The translations under genes and the position numbers were made by a program. Below are positions 47,303 to 59,149 of a stretch of 64,000 bases of DNA, piece by piece (the stretch's first letter is position 1; the number at the start of each line of letters is the position of its first letter). The stretch is from Lama glama. Lineage: Eukaryota. The stretch covers positions 22,322,001-22,386,000 of the forward strand of contig CM052816.1 in NCBI GenBank assembly GCA_028534125.1. Direction: 5' to 3'. A model generated the notes under the pieces. That model had not been told where the DNA came from. It saw only the letters and a program-made list of their open reading frames with translations, and made no database searches.

Positions 47303-48269
47303 CTCTAGACTGTTACAAAATTACCAAATAATTATATGTTTCTCTAGTCCCTTGCATCAGAGAAAACCTTATGTAAGAATAGGCCTTAGGCAGCCTGACA
47401 GTCTGACTGTGCTTGGGAACTGTTCACAAGAGTTGCTACTGATAATCATCCAGTCTAAGCCAGCTTAGCTAGTTCCTGAGTATCAATAGTGAGATGGAGT
47501 GAATCAGTATCAGCTTCTCCAGTGAGTCATCAGGCAGTTATGTAGTGAGCTTTCAGAACAGTTGGGAAGAATCAATGTGGTACAAAGTTCCCTGAGATGA
47601 GAGGGAATAGACTTCTTGAAGAGCTTGATTGGATCATCCTCCTGGTCAGGTCATTTCATTGGCAGTTTGACATCTCTGCAGGGACTTGAAGATCAGGAAA
47701 GTTTGCATGTAAGACTGGAAACCCTACTGCATCCCCTGCTGCAAATATAAATGAGCTAAGTCCTCTATGTGAACTAAAGGAGACTGTAAACTCGCCCTGT
47801 GTCAATGGCTTGTTTCTGTCAATCACTTCACAAACCCTTAAGACAGCTATGTTTCTGGCTACAGAGTATGACCTTCCTTGTAAGTGACTATCAGAAATGG
47901 GTCTAAGCCATACATTGATCAACCATAAATCAGGAAAAGCTATCTGTAGTCTGAATGGTTTAAACACTCAACATTTTCCCCCTCTGAAAATGTTATTTGT
48001 GCACTTCTCGATATGTTATTACCAGGTAAACACTGTCATTTTTGTTACAGGTCTAAACAGAAAAGTGAAGTTGTCAACACATTTTGTTGAAGGTTTTAGG
48101 CTTTAGTCTTTCTCATTTAATTGTCAAATTTCCATTTGCAATTTATCTATTTTAATTAACCCATCATAATTTTTAAATGACGGTTTAAAACATCACTGAA
48201 GGATCAGTGAGAAGTGAATCAAATTTTACTCAGGTATTGCTTAATCAATTACAGAATTTTAGAGATAAG

Positions 48270-48760
48270 AGCAGTGGACATCTTGGCTGCTGCCAAACAT
48301 TCTATTAAGTCTTTCTAGAAACTTCTCTTCCTCCTCCTAAGTTCCTCACCTACACACAGCTGCTTGAATCAGAAACATTCAATTGTTCCCTTCATCCAAA
48401 CAAGGCCAACAAACTCTGTTCTCAGTTTGGAATTGGGACCAAGGAATTTTAACCTGAGCATATCTGCTCTCTTCAACAGACAAGATGTAAACTCAGGAGT
48501 GTTTGTAGTTATTTTCCTCATTTGAACTGAAAAATGGAGTGAGCTGGATAGAAGCAATACTGAAGAATGTAGCAAGTGCAGAGGTAGGGGTGAGGGCATC
48601 CCTGGATTGCCTATAACGTTCCAGGCTGTTACTGAAGCCCAGCTCCAATCTAAGTCTATGAGACACAAATTTGTTCTTTAAACCAATTCCCTCTTTTTTT
48701 CTCTCTTCTAGTTAAAGAGGGCTTCTATTATTTACAATTAAAATATGTGTAACTGCTACA
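48270..48760 (+). mobile_element. Old MaLR LTR (MLT1K/L-like), tentative
   Basis: 'ccaggctgttactgaagcccagctc', 'accaattccctcttttt', ending 'tttacaattaaaatatgtgtaactgctaca'. Confidence 0.5.
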
Positions 48761-49117
48761 TCACCTGGTCCACAATTCTCATGGTACAGAAATCCAAGGA
48801 TGATAACTGATTTGTTCAAAGACCTAATTTTCAGTAACAGAGCTGTGACTAGAACCCAGTTTCCTGCTCCCTCCTTGGTAGGCTTTTCTCTGATGTTAGA
48901 TGAACATTCATTGGATGAACAAATGACCCCATGAATTAACTCACTCTGAATCTCAACTCATAGTTCTTTTCTAATGGATTTGCCATCTTCTTTTGGTCTG
49001 AACAAGTAACGAACTGTCTCTGAGGTACTTACTTCCCAGAAGAGAAACACCCAGCTTTAAAGTTCAGCTTCTCCTGCTCAAGCAGTTTGAGCTAATTATG
49101 AAAAAGCCTTATTTGGT

Positions 49118-49509
49118 GCATGGATTCTGTGCAGTGCCCAGATGTCCCCCTCAGAAGGAGACAGACATTTCCCTAGCTCCTGGCATTGTCTTGCTATTTC
49201 TAGGAGTTGTGGCACTGAAAGGAACTGCCTCGCTAAAGTTACACCTCTTCCCTGGGGTGGTCCTCCTTCAATGACTATTGATACCAAAGGACAAAAGCCT
49301 CGTCCCCTTGCTCAGTTCAAGGCAATTCTGAAGGCCATTTCAGCTCTAGGTCTCCTTTGCAGCTGCATCACAGTTCAACAACTCCCTCTTCCCAGTCTTG
49401 CTTCTCTCACTCCCTCATGGGGGTTATTCCTGACTGTACTCCTTAATTTAAACCTCCTGCATGCAAAACTCTATCTCAAACTCTTTCTCTGGGAATCTCA
49501 CGTAAAACA
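49118..49509 (+). mobile_element. LTR16-family ERVL solo LTR
   Basis: 'ggaactgcctcgctaaagttacacctcttccctgggg', 'gcaattctgaaggccatttcagctc', 'aacctcctgcatgcaaaactctatctcaaactctttctctgggaat'. Confidence 0.8.
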
Positions 49510-50064
49510 ACAGCCCTTTCACCCTGCTGCCAGAGTAAAAGATAAGAGGAGAAAAAAAAAGCTACAAAGAAGTTTGTGGCAAAAAGCTTAAGATTCCCCA
49601 AACTTCTCCTGCCTCACAAAGTCCTATCTTTTTCATTCCATTTTTCAGATGCTGTTAGGTATATCTGTTTATCCTTTAAGAGATTAAAAGCTCATGATCT
49701 TGTATATTTATTATATTTTATAAACCAATTTTTAATAAATTATTTTTATATTCTTAAAACTCTATTTAATTCCTGGGTAGCACTAATTACACTATAATAC
49801 ATCCTGAGAGTTTTCCCTGCCAGATTGTTGTCTTTGAATCTCTAGTACCTATCTTTGAGACTGATCCTACGAAATTTAGTTAATGTTGGTTGAATAAATG
49901 GAGAGACTGCATTCGGCTAAAACTAGGCAAAAAAACTATAGCAAGAAAAATATTCTAAATTGAAGGTCTGAATCACATGTTACTGAATAAGATTTCTTAT
50001 TCTCAGGAGCTCTGAGATAGTAACAATAGATTGCCAGAAAGACATTTTAGAAACAATTTATTTC

Positions 50065-52790
50065 TTCATCTGCTGATGAATATTTGGGTTATTTCTACTT
50101 TGGGGCCATTACAAGTAAGGCTGCTATAAATAAGTCTTTTTGAAAAACTTGAGAAATGATTGATGCATAACATTATATTAATATCAGGTATACAACATAA
50201 TGATTCAATGTATATATTGCAAAATGATCACCACATTAAGTCCAGTTAATATCCATCACCACACATAGTCGCAAATATTTTTTCTTGTGATGAGAACTTT
50301 TAAGATCTACTCTCTTAACAACTTCCAAGTACACAACACAGTATAGCTACAGTCACCATGCTGTACATTATATCCCCAGGACTTTTATCTTACAGCTGAA
50401 GCTCAGACTTTTTGATTCCCTTCACCCACTTCACCCACCCCTCAAACCCAGACTGCTGCAAACACCCATTACCATGAGTTTGGGTATTTGGGGGGCTTTT
50501 TGTTTTATTTTCTTCTTAGATTCTACATACAAGTGAGATCATCTGGTATTTGTATTTCTCTGACTTATTAGCATAATGCTCTAAAGGTTCATCCATGTTG
50601 TCACAAATAGCAAAATTTTTTATGGCTGAATAATATTCCATTGTATATATGCATACACATACATATATACATTTATACACATATACACATACACACAACA
50701 TTTTCTTTATCCAGTTATCCAGTGAAGACACTTACGTTGCTTCCACGGCTTGGCTATTGTAAATAATACTGCAATGAACATAGGGGTGCATATATTTTTT
50801 CCAGTTAGCATCTTCATTTCCTTCAGATAAATACTCAGAAATGGAATTGCTGTATCACATGGTAGGCCTATTTTTTTTTTAATTATTACGTTTTGGGTAT
50901 ACAGCATTATACTTTGACATCTGTATACACTAAAGTGATCTCCACCACAAATTTAGTTACCATTCATCATTATACAGTTGGCCCCCTTCACCATTTCACC
51001 CACCCCCAACCCCTTCTCCTCTGATAACCATTAATCTGATCTCTGTATTCATGAGCCTGTTTTTTGGTTTCTTTGTTTGTTCTGGGTTTTTTTGATTCCA
51101 TATATGAGTGAAATCATACAGTTTGTCTTTTTCTATCAGACTTATTTCACTTAGTGTATACGTTCAAGGTCCATCCATGCTGTTGCAAATGGCAGGATTT
51201 CATTATTTTTCAACTGAGTAGTATTCCATTGTGTATATATGCCACATCTTCATCCATTCATCCATCGATGAACACTTAGGTTGTTTCCGTATCTTGGCTG
51301 TTATAAATAATGCTCCGGTGAACACAGGGATGCATATATCTTTTTGAATTAGTATTTTTATGTTCTTTGGATAAATATTCAGAAGTGGAATAGCTAGGTC
51401 ATATGGTAGTATTATTTTTAATTTTTTGAGGATCCTCCATACTGTTTTCCAGTGGCTGCACCAATTTACATTTCCACAAGCAATGCACAAGAGTTCCTTT
51501 TCTCCATGTCCTTGCCAAGACTTGCTATTTCTTATCTTTTTTATAATAGCCATGCTAACAGGTGTGAGATGATAGCTCATTGTAGTTTTGATGGGCATTA
51601 CCCTGATGATGAGTGATGCTGAGCATCTTTTCATGTACCTGTTGGCCACCTGAACGTCTCCTTTGGAAAAATGTGTATTCAGATCCTCTGCTCATTTTAA
51701 AATTAGATTGTTTCTTTTTTTTTTTGCTATTGATTTGTATGAGTTCTGTATATACTTTAGACATTAACTCCTTAACAGATATATGATTTGCAACTATTTT
51801 CTCCTATTCTGGAGGATGCCTTTTCATTTTGTTGATGGTTTCCTTTGCTGTGTAATATAAAAATGCAAGTCTTTGTATGGATAAATGCTTTTATTTCTCT
51901 TAGGTAAATACCTAAGAATGCAAAGTATATGTTTAACTTTGTAAGAAATTGCTGAATAGTTTTCCAAAGTTGTTCTGCCATTTTACACTCCTAGCAGCAA
52001 TGTATGAGAATTTCAGTTCCTCTACATCCTTGCCAAGATTGGTATAGTCACACATTCTAATTTGAGCTATTCTAATAGGTATGTAGTAGTATCTCATTAA
52101 GGTTTTAATTTCTTTTTTGTGTGTGTGGTTTTAATTTCTAATAACCAATGATTTTGAGATCTTTTCATGTGCTTATTTTCCATTTGTGTTTTTTGATAAA
52201 GTGTCTATTCAAAAATTTATCTATTTAAAAAATTGGGTTTTTTGGTATTCTTATGACAAAAAATTCTTCATATTTTCTGGATAAAAGTTCTTTATCAGTT
52301 CGTGATTTGCAAATATTTTTCCCAGTCTATGGATTATCTTTTTATTCTCTTAACAGTTACCTTTTGCAGAGCAAAGGTTTTTAATCTTGATAAAGTCCAG
52401 TTTATTTACTTTTTCTCTTATTATTGTGCTTTTGGTATCATATGTTAGAAATTCTTGACTAACCTAAAGTCACAAAGATTTCCTCCTGCTACTTCAAGAA
52501 GTTTTACAGTATTAGGTTTTATATTTAGATCTATGTTTAAATTGATCTTGGGATAATTTTTGTATATGCTATCAAGCATGGATCAAAGTTTCATTTTTTC
52601 TTTTTGCATATGGATATCCAATTTTACTCTCTTTTATCATAGTTGATTTAGCTACTTAAGGACCTCTATTATTCCTTATAAATTTTTGAGTAAGTTCTAC
52701 CAGTTCCTTATAAAAATCCTACTGCAATTTTAACTGTGATTACAATACATTTAGAGATCAATTTGGGAAGAATCAATAAGAATATGTTTC
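50065..52790 (-). mobile_element. Stack of nested antisense L1s: L1MB-like host interrupted by L1MA-like 3' end (50140-50870) and another L1 3' portion (50872-51853)
   Basis: Host 'ggctgctataaataagtc' resumes at 'aaatgcaagtctttgtatgga' (~51860). ORF 51203-51649 translates as the L1 ORF2 C-terminus ([31 protein letters not shown]...PYDLAIPLL). Confidence 0.85.
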
Positions 52791-54430
52791 ACCAATTATT
52801 TCACTGAAACTGTCTTGCTAAAGTCACCAAAGTCACCTTCACATTGGTATTCCTAGTGGAATTTTCATTGTGATCACAATGCAATCACCTCCTCTCAACA
52901 AAACACTTTTTTTTTGACTTGGCTTCCAAGACTCTGCATGCCAGGGGTCAACAACTTTTTCTGTAAGGGGACCAGACAGCAATTTCGGGGTTTGTGGATC
53001 AAGAAGTTTCTGTTGAAATTACTCAACTATGCCACTGCAATGTGAAAGCAGCTATCAACAATATGTAAATGAGTAAGTATGGCAGTGTTCCAATGTAGGT
53101 TTATTTACAAAAGAAAGAAGTGGGTCACATATGGCCCCTGTGACCCATAGTTTGCCAACCTCTGTTCTACATTCTCCTTGTTTTCACCCTACTTTACTGG
53201 AAGCTTCTTCTCTGTTTCTTGTGCTTGTTTCTTCTATCCTTAACTCTTAACGCTGAAGTGCCCCAAAAGACTCAATCATTGACTTTTCTTCTTCTCTTTA
53301 TATAATCAATTTCTTGCTGATTTCATCTAGTGTCATGATTATTTATATTAATTGCTCTCATATTTATATCTCCAGTCCAGACTACTTTCTGAACTATAGA
53401 TGTTAATCCAATGTCTTTTTAACAACTCCACTTGGATATTTTCTAGACATTTCAATTAATATATGCTCAAAACTAAATTCTTGATCTTTATTCACAAATC
53501 TATTCTGTTTTCACCATCACAATTGATGGCAACAATATCCTTTCAGTTGCTTAATCCATAACCATTGGGAATCATCTCTGACTTCTTTCTTTCTGTCTCA
53601 CCTCATACTCAATCTATTAGGTAACACACGAGTATTATCAAAATATACCCAGAGTCTTGCCACTTCTCACCACCATCACTGCTGCCACTCTGGTCTAAGC
53701 CACTGTCATCTCCTACCTAGAATAATGCAGGAGACTCCTAATTGGTATCCCTGCATTCATCCTTGCCCCCATAATCTACTTTCAGCACAAAAGCTAGAAT
53801 GATGTCTTTAAAACTTAAAATCAGAGCAAATCACTCCTTTTCCCAAAACCATCTAATGGCTCTGTATTTCATTAAAGTAAAAATCTCAGTCCTTAATAAT
53901 AGCCTACATAACCTAGCATTTTTATCATTTAAAAAATGTTTATATCACATTTCTTGGACTATATTTTTAGCTGTTATTCATTAACACATTTTGTATACTC
54001 ATATGGTATTTAGTAATAAATTCTACTTATGTATCACTTCAAAGAAAATCCCTGCCTCCTACCATATCATTTCTATGACTTTTGTTCTCCAACTACTGTC
54101 CTCCTAAAATTACTTTGCTCTGTCACTTGGTTCTCCTCAAACACAGCGGACAAGAACCTGCCTCAGGAACACTGCATTAACACTGCACTGTGTTTGGAAA
54201 GCTCTTCCCTTAGATATCTGCATGGCAAGATCCCTCACATACCTCCTTTGTCTTTGCTCAACTATCACTTCCTTAGTGAGACCCTCCCTGATCACAGGAT
54301 TTACAGTTGCAACACACTGCTCTTTCTAGCTTTCCTATCTTCCTTTCCTGCCTTATCTTTCTCCCTATTACTTACCGCCTTCTAGTTTATTTCTTAATTG
54401 TGTTTATTAATCTGTCTCTCACCTACACAA
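52790..54430 (+). mobile_element. Long L2 relic
   Basis: 'tttatatctccagtccagac', 'ccacttggatattttctagacatttca', 'ccattgggaatcatctctgac', 'ctggtctaagccactgtcatctc'. Confidence 0.8.
52942..53164. mobile_element. MER58A nested in L2
   Basis: 'caggggtcaacaactttttctgtaagggg' ... 'ccatagtttgccaacctctg'. Confidence 0.85.
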
Positions 54431-54454
54431 AGTGTTATGTTTCCCCAGGGCAGT

Positions 54455-54900
54455 GAATTACTGGCAGTCCCAACGGGAAAAAGATAATGTACTTATAATA
54501 CATGTTTGAGGAAGCTTTGTTTATAAAGGTACTATTACAAAACTACGTGTGTAGGGGAACTCACATGGATGAGATGTTGCTGACCCAGATCTGAGGAGGG
54601 GAGGGAAGCTCTTACTCAAACTGCAAGGGAAGAACTGTACAGAGATCACCTTGACAGAAACTTTGAGGGACAATGCCAACCTGAGGCAACCTCTCAGGGA
54701 CAGAGCCAGAAAAATAAATACCTCCTTCACTCTCTTCCCTCCCCCTGATTTCTGTCCAGGGTCCTCCACTCGCTGAACCAATCAAAAGCCAGAGGGTATG
54801 GGAAACACTTGAGCTGATTTATACAGGTCAGTCTTCCCAGAAAAGGCTGAGAGCAGCATCAAGAAGGGCTGAGAGTGGATCTGAAAATCACAAACAGAAG
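54455..54900 (-). mobile_element. LTR40/41-like ERVL solo LTR
   Basis: 'gtcccaacgggaaaaagat', 'tttgaggaagctttgtttataaaggtactattaca', 'gctgaaccaatcaaaagccagagggtatggga'. Confidence 0.6.
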
Positions 54901-55399
54901 GTGAGGCAGGCATTTTTGTTACTTTGCTTCATGGCTGTACACTACTTGTAGGAGGTTTATAACCAATGTGTGTCCAGTCTCTGTTCAAAAAAGATAGAAT
55001 GACAAATTGTAACAGTTGCTACTATGGGGATGAATAAAATAAGAGCCGAGAATTGACCTTTGGACTTACCAAGTAGAGGTCAACAGTAACTGGAACAAGA
55101 AAGGTTTCAGTGGAGTGATTGGAATTAAATCTTGATTGGGATCAGTATAACACATGGGGGCAGAAGTGGAGAGAGTAAACACAGAAGCTTTTTAGAGCAA
55201 AGAAGCTCAAAGGCAGGGGTGGCAGTTCAAGACATTTTTTAAGATGAAAATATTTCAGAAGGTTAAATGCTGTTGAGAGCAATCTAGTGGAGAGAGGGAA
55301 AAAATATTTGGCAGAGAAGGAAGATAATTGTAGGAGCAAAGTCCTTCAATAGCTAAGAGCATTAGACTGATTCCAGTGGATAGTAATTTGGGATATGAT

Positions 55400-56060
55400 C
55401 AAAGTAGCTTTACATGTTATCAGGAAAAGGATGGGCTCATTCAATAAATAATGGTGAGGTAAATTGTTATCTCATAAAAAAGATAAAGTTAGATCTCTCT
55501 CTCATATCATAAATAAAAATAAATTCTAGACATAAAGGCCTGAAGATAAAAAGCAGAACTTCAGAAGGAAAAATCAGAGGAAAATGTGCTAGAATATCTT
55601 TATGACTTTGGAAAGGAAAAGAATTTCTTAAAAATCTATAAAGCAAAATCAATAAAGTAAAAGATTTTTTAAAAATGAATTCACTAAAATAAAGTCTCAT
55701 ACTACAGGTTTATCATAAACAGAATAAAAAGACAAATCACATATTTTTAGACAACAATTGTATCACAGATAACAAACAGAATTAATATCAAGAATATATA
55801 TCACAGAATAGATGAACAACAAAATCCTACTATATAGCACAGGGAATTATATTCAATAGCTTATAATAACCTCTAATGAAAAAGAATATGAGAAAGAATA
55901 TATATATATGTATAACTGAATCATTATGCTGTACACCAGAAATTAACATAACATTGTAAATCAACTTTACTTCAATTAAAAAAAACTATATAAATAAATA
56001 TAAAGGGTCAATAAGAAAAAGCCAGACAACTCAAAAGAGAAAAGACTTAAAAGAGAAGAC
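55400..56060 (+). mobile_element. Old L1M ORF2 fragment with nested young L1 3' tail (~55805-55985)
   Basis: 'tcaataaataatggtgagg', 'aaaataaattctagacat'; nested 'tatagcacagggaattatattcaatagcttataataacc...cattgtaaatcaactttacttcaattaaaaaaaa'. Confidence 0.75.
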
Positions 56061-57456
56061 TATTAAATACAATGTTATAGTTCCTACCATTAGGTGGTAA
56101 AATGCCAAGCTGTTTTGTGATACTGCCAATCTCATGAGGGATGAAACATGTGGAAGGAAAAAAAAGCCATTTAGGTTTTACTGATTAAAATGAAAAGGAT
56201 GCAGCCACATATTACATTTTCACAATAAAGTCTATCTATGATCTAACTACAGTTAACTCTACTAATGTCTTATTATACAGTTTGATCAAGGGCCACTATT
56301 ACCGTAACAATTAGGATTTCTGTATTCCACAGTTATCGTAGGTGATTTTGATATTTTATTCATCCATCTTCAGAAGATTAATTTTAAAACTTCTTTATAG
56401 GAACAGAGACATATGCTTTATCTCTAAAAGGAAACTACAATTATTTGTCAACTACAAAAATAATTCCAGTGCTTTGAAACAAAGGCCACCTCCTGTGGAA
56501 AGTTGACACACATTGTGATTTTGGGGCCAATTAATGTTTTGGGGACTAAATATTAGTTTAATCTAATATTATTAATCTAATAGTTTCATTTCATATGGGA
56601 AGAAAAATTCATCAACCTGTCAAAAACACTGCGTTCTCAAATAGCTATGATAAGACCAAAACACTCAGCAAGGTCAAGGAGAAGTGAATATGATATACCT
56701 CCCTAAGCATTTATTTTACTTTATACAGTTTGATTTTCAGTGAAAATGAAATGTCTTCTTCTGTATTATTCTTTAGAAATACTTAACTGTGTTTTGCAGT
56801 TTTTAGCAATGTCCTTTCCAAAATGTGAAAATTAATTATGAAACTATACTTTCATTCATTCATTTTCAGTATGCCAGTTCAGAGAAAAATTACCTACATT
56901 TCCAGGACGTTTGCCAGAGTTATATATTTTAAAATTAAAAATAACAAAGACTTGATTTTATTCTAGAAAAATTCATTGCTTCTGAGTTGGTGTATCACAA
57001 TACGGCACATTTTCTATAAGAAGGTCTTTCCTAGGGACCAATTCTGAAAGAAAAACAAAAAGAATATTTAACATCATTAAAATTTAAATTAAATGCAAAT
57101 AGACTTATTTCCCCTAAAATTTATAACAATAAAATATCGACTTTTAAAGTAAATCTTCCAAGTGATATTTTATTTCAGTTAACTCTAAGGTGGAATTCTT
57201 GATTTTAAATGGAGATAGTTAATAGGATTCTCATTTCAGACACATAAAAATATATGTGACCATCTTAACCTTTTATCATTTATTTATTAAATATAACTAA
57301 TTAAAAAACTGAACAGAATTCAGCTAAAGCACATGGTCAGTATCAGATTACAGATTAATGATAATTAAAACTATCAACTGGAAAATTTGCTTATACTACC
57401 TACTACATAAAAAGTAAGCCACTGTCCCAATTTAAAGATTCCAAATTTTACAGAAC

Positions 57457-57610
57457 AGTGGCTGTCACCTAGAGGTGTTCTGGGTGGTCACACCAATTGA
57501 AGAATGCTGCTGGAATTTAGTGGGCACGAGCCAGGGATGTGTGGGATAGTCTGGTGCAGCAAAGAACTATCCTGTTTAAAATGACAACAGAACCCCACTG
57601 AGAAACAGTG
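57457..57610. mobile_element. MER20-like fragment
   Basis: 'gctgctggaatttagtgggcacgagccagggatg', 'caaagaactatcctgtttaaaatgacaacag...ctgagaaacagtg'. Confidence 0.55.
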
Positions 57611-57759
57611 TTCAACAACAACAACAAATGTTGAGTCCTACGTAAGACATAATGCTGGAGTCAAATGAGGTAAAGCTCTTAAGATACAAAATTTTGAGGA
57701 GATAAATGATTTCTCCTTTTTTCTCCAGAAGAGCTAATTCCAAGTGAACTGTCATGATC

Positions 57760-58325
57760 AAAAAATGCTCACATCAAATTCTACAAAATAAATTGTCTAT
57801 ATTCTTCAAAAACAACATAGTCATGAAAGACAAAGACTGAGGAACTGCTTCAGATTAGGAAGACTAAAAAAACATGGTGAGTAAATGCCATTTGTAGGAT
57901 CCTCAACTGGATCCTAGACCAGAGGATCCAATCTATAAAGGACACCATTAGGACAAGTAGAAAAATCTGAATAACAGAATTGAATCAATGTTAATATCCT
58001 GATTTTAATAATTATACTGTGGTTATATAAGAGAATGTCCTTGTAAATTTAGGAAATACAATGATATATCTTTAAAAAATATACCCTAAAGTATTTCTTC
58101 AGATCTAAAACCAAGAGGGCTGTTGATCTGAAAAATGCTGATTTGGGGACATAGGGGTAGGCGTTATGTCTGCAATTTATGTTCAAAAAGTTCAGGGAAA
58201 AAAAGGAAAGGAAAGATGATAAAGCAAATGTAGTAAAATGTTAGCATTTGTGGAACCTGGGTAAAGGAAATACACATATTCTTTAACTTTTCTTAAACCT
58301 TTTCTGTAAATTTGAATCATTAAAA
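57760..58325 (+). mobile_element. L1MC4/5-like 3' end
   Basis: 'gtcatgaaagacaaagactgaggaactgcttcagatt', 'atcaatgttaatatcctgattttaataattatactgtggttatataagagaatgtccttg'. Confidence 0.75.
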
Positions 58326-58379
58326 TTTTTTTAAAAGATTATTTCTAAAATGAATTCAATTCAAAAGGAAAACTGAAAT

Positions 58380-58380
<1 letters not shown>

Positions 58381-58426
<46 letters not shown>
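58381..58426. repeat. Compound (CT)n(CA)n microsatellite
   Basis: Read directly from the sequence. Confidence 0.95.
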
Positions 58427-58428
<2 letters not shown>

Positions 58429-58684
58429 TAAGTAATCTGACTAGAAATAATGCTCTTATGAGCCACATGGTAAATCTGGCTTACTGAAATGAAAACCAGT
58501 TAAATAAGTATTATTTAACCGTTTTTTTATATCTCACTGCTTCTACCAAATCTATGGAGCTTTCATCAGAAAGCAAATTATACTTTAGGTTTTAACTTAT
58601 TAACAATGACAGTAAATTGTTTCACTTATCAAACATACATGTGCTTATTTTTTGCTGGACATTACATCAAGAAATGAACATATA

Positions 58685-58831
58685 GGGGGAGGGTATAGCT
58701 CAAGTGGTAGAGCACATGCTTAGCCCACATGAGGTTCCTGGTTCAATCCCCAGTACCTTCTCCATTTAGAAATAAACAAACCTAATTACCTCAAGCAAAA
58801 TGTGTGCTTCTATAGCAAAAAAAAAGGAAAA
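58685..58831 (+). mobile_element. Camelid tRNA-derived SINE (Vic-1 type) with extra 3' sequence
   Basis: gggggagggtatagctcaagtggtagagcacatgcttagc...gttcaatccccagtacc...aaacctaattacctc. TSD aagaaatgaacatata (58669-58684) / aagaaatgaagataca (58832-58847). Confidence 0.9.
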
Positions 58832-58849
58832 AAGAAATGAAGATACAGA

Positions 58850-59102
58850 GACGTATGTCTCTTCAGTACAGCATGGTGACTATAGTTAATAATACTGTAT
58901 TCCATATTTTAAAGTCCCTAAGAGACTCCTAAAAACTCTCTTTACAAGAAAAAAAAACTTGTAACTACATATAGGGACAGAATAACAAGACTTATCTTGG
59001 AGATCATTTGATCATTTCGGAATATATATAAATATACAATCATTATGTTGTATGCCTGAAACCAATACAATGTTATACATCAACTATACCTCAAAAAAAA
59101 AA
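58850..59102 (+). mobile_element. L1MA-like 3' tail
   Basis: 'gtacagcatggtgactatagttaataatactgtatt' ... 'tgttatacatcaactatacctcaaaaaaaa'. Confidence 0.8.
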
Positions 59103-59149
59103 GTCTCCTCAGTTTCACAGAGTTCACAGTCTAGTGGAAGAGACAGATA

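Noticed and set aside
51203..51649. 148 aa ORF and similar ORFs at 26551, 26992 and 45290
   Set aside because: Sense or antisense translations of decayed L1 ORF2/3'UTR, not host genes.
28482..58760. tRNA-Ala-like sequences at ~28.5, 30.55 and 58.7 kb as functional tRNA genes
   Set aside because: They have extra 5' nucleotides, stem mismatches, A/AT-rich tails and (for two) TSDs, so they are SINE copies.
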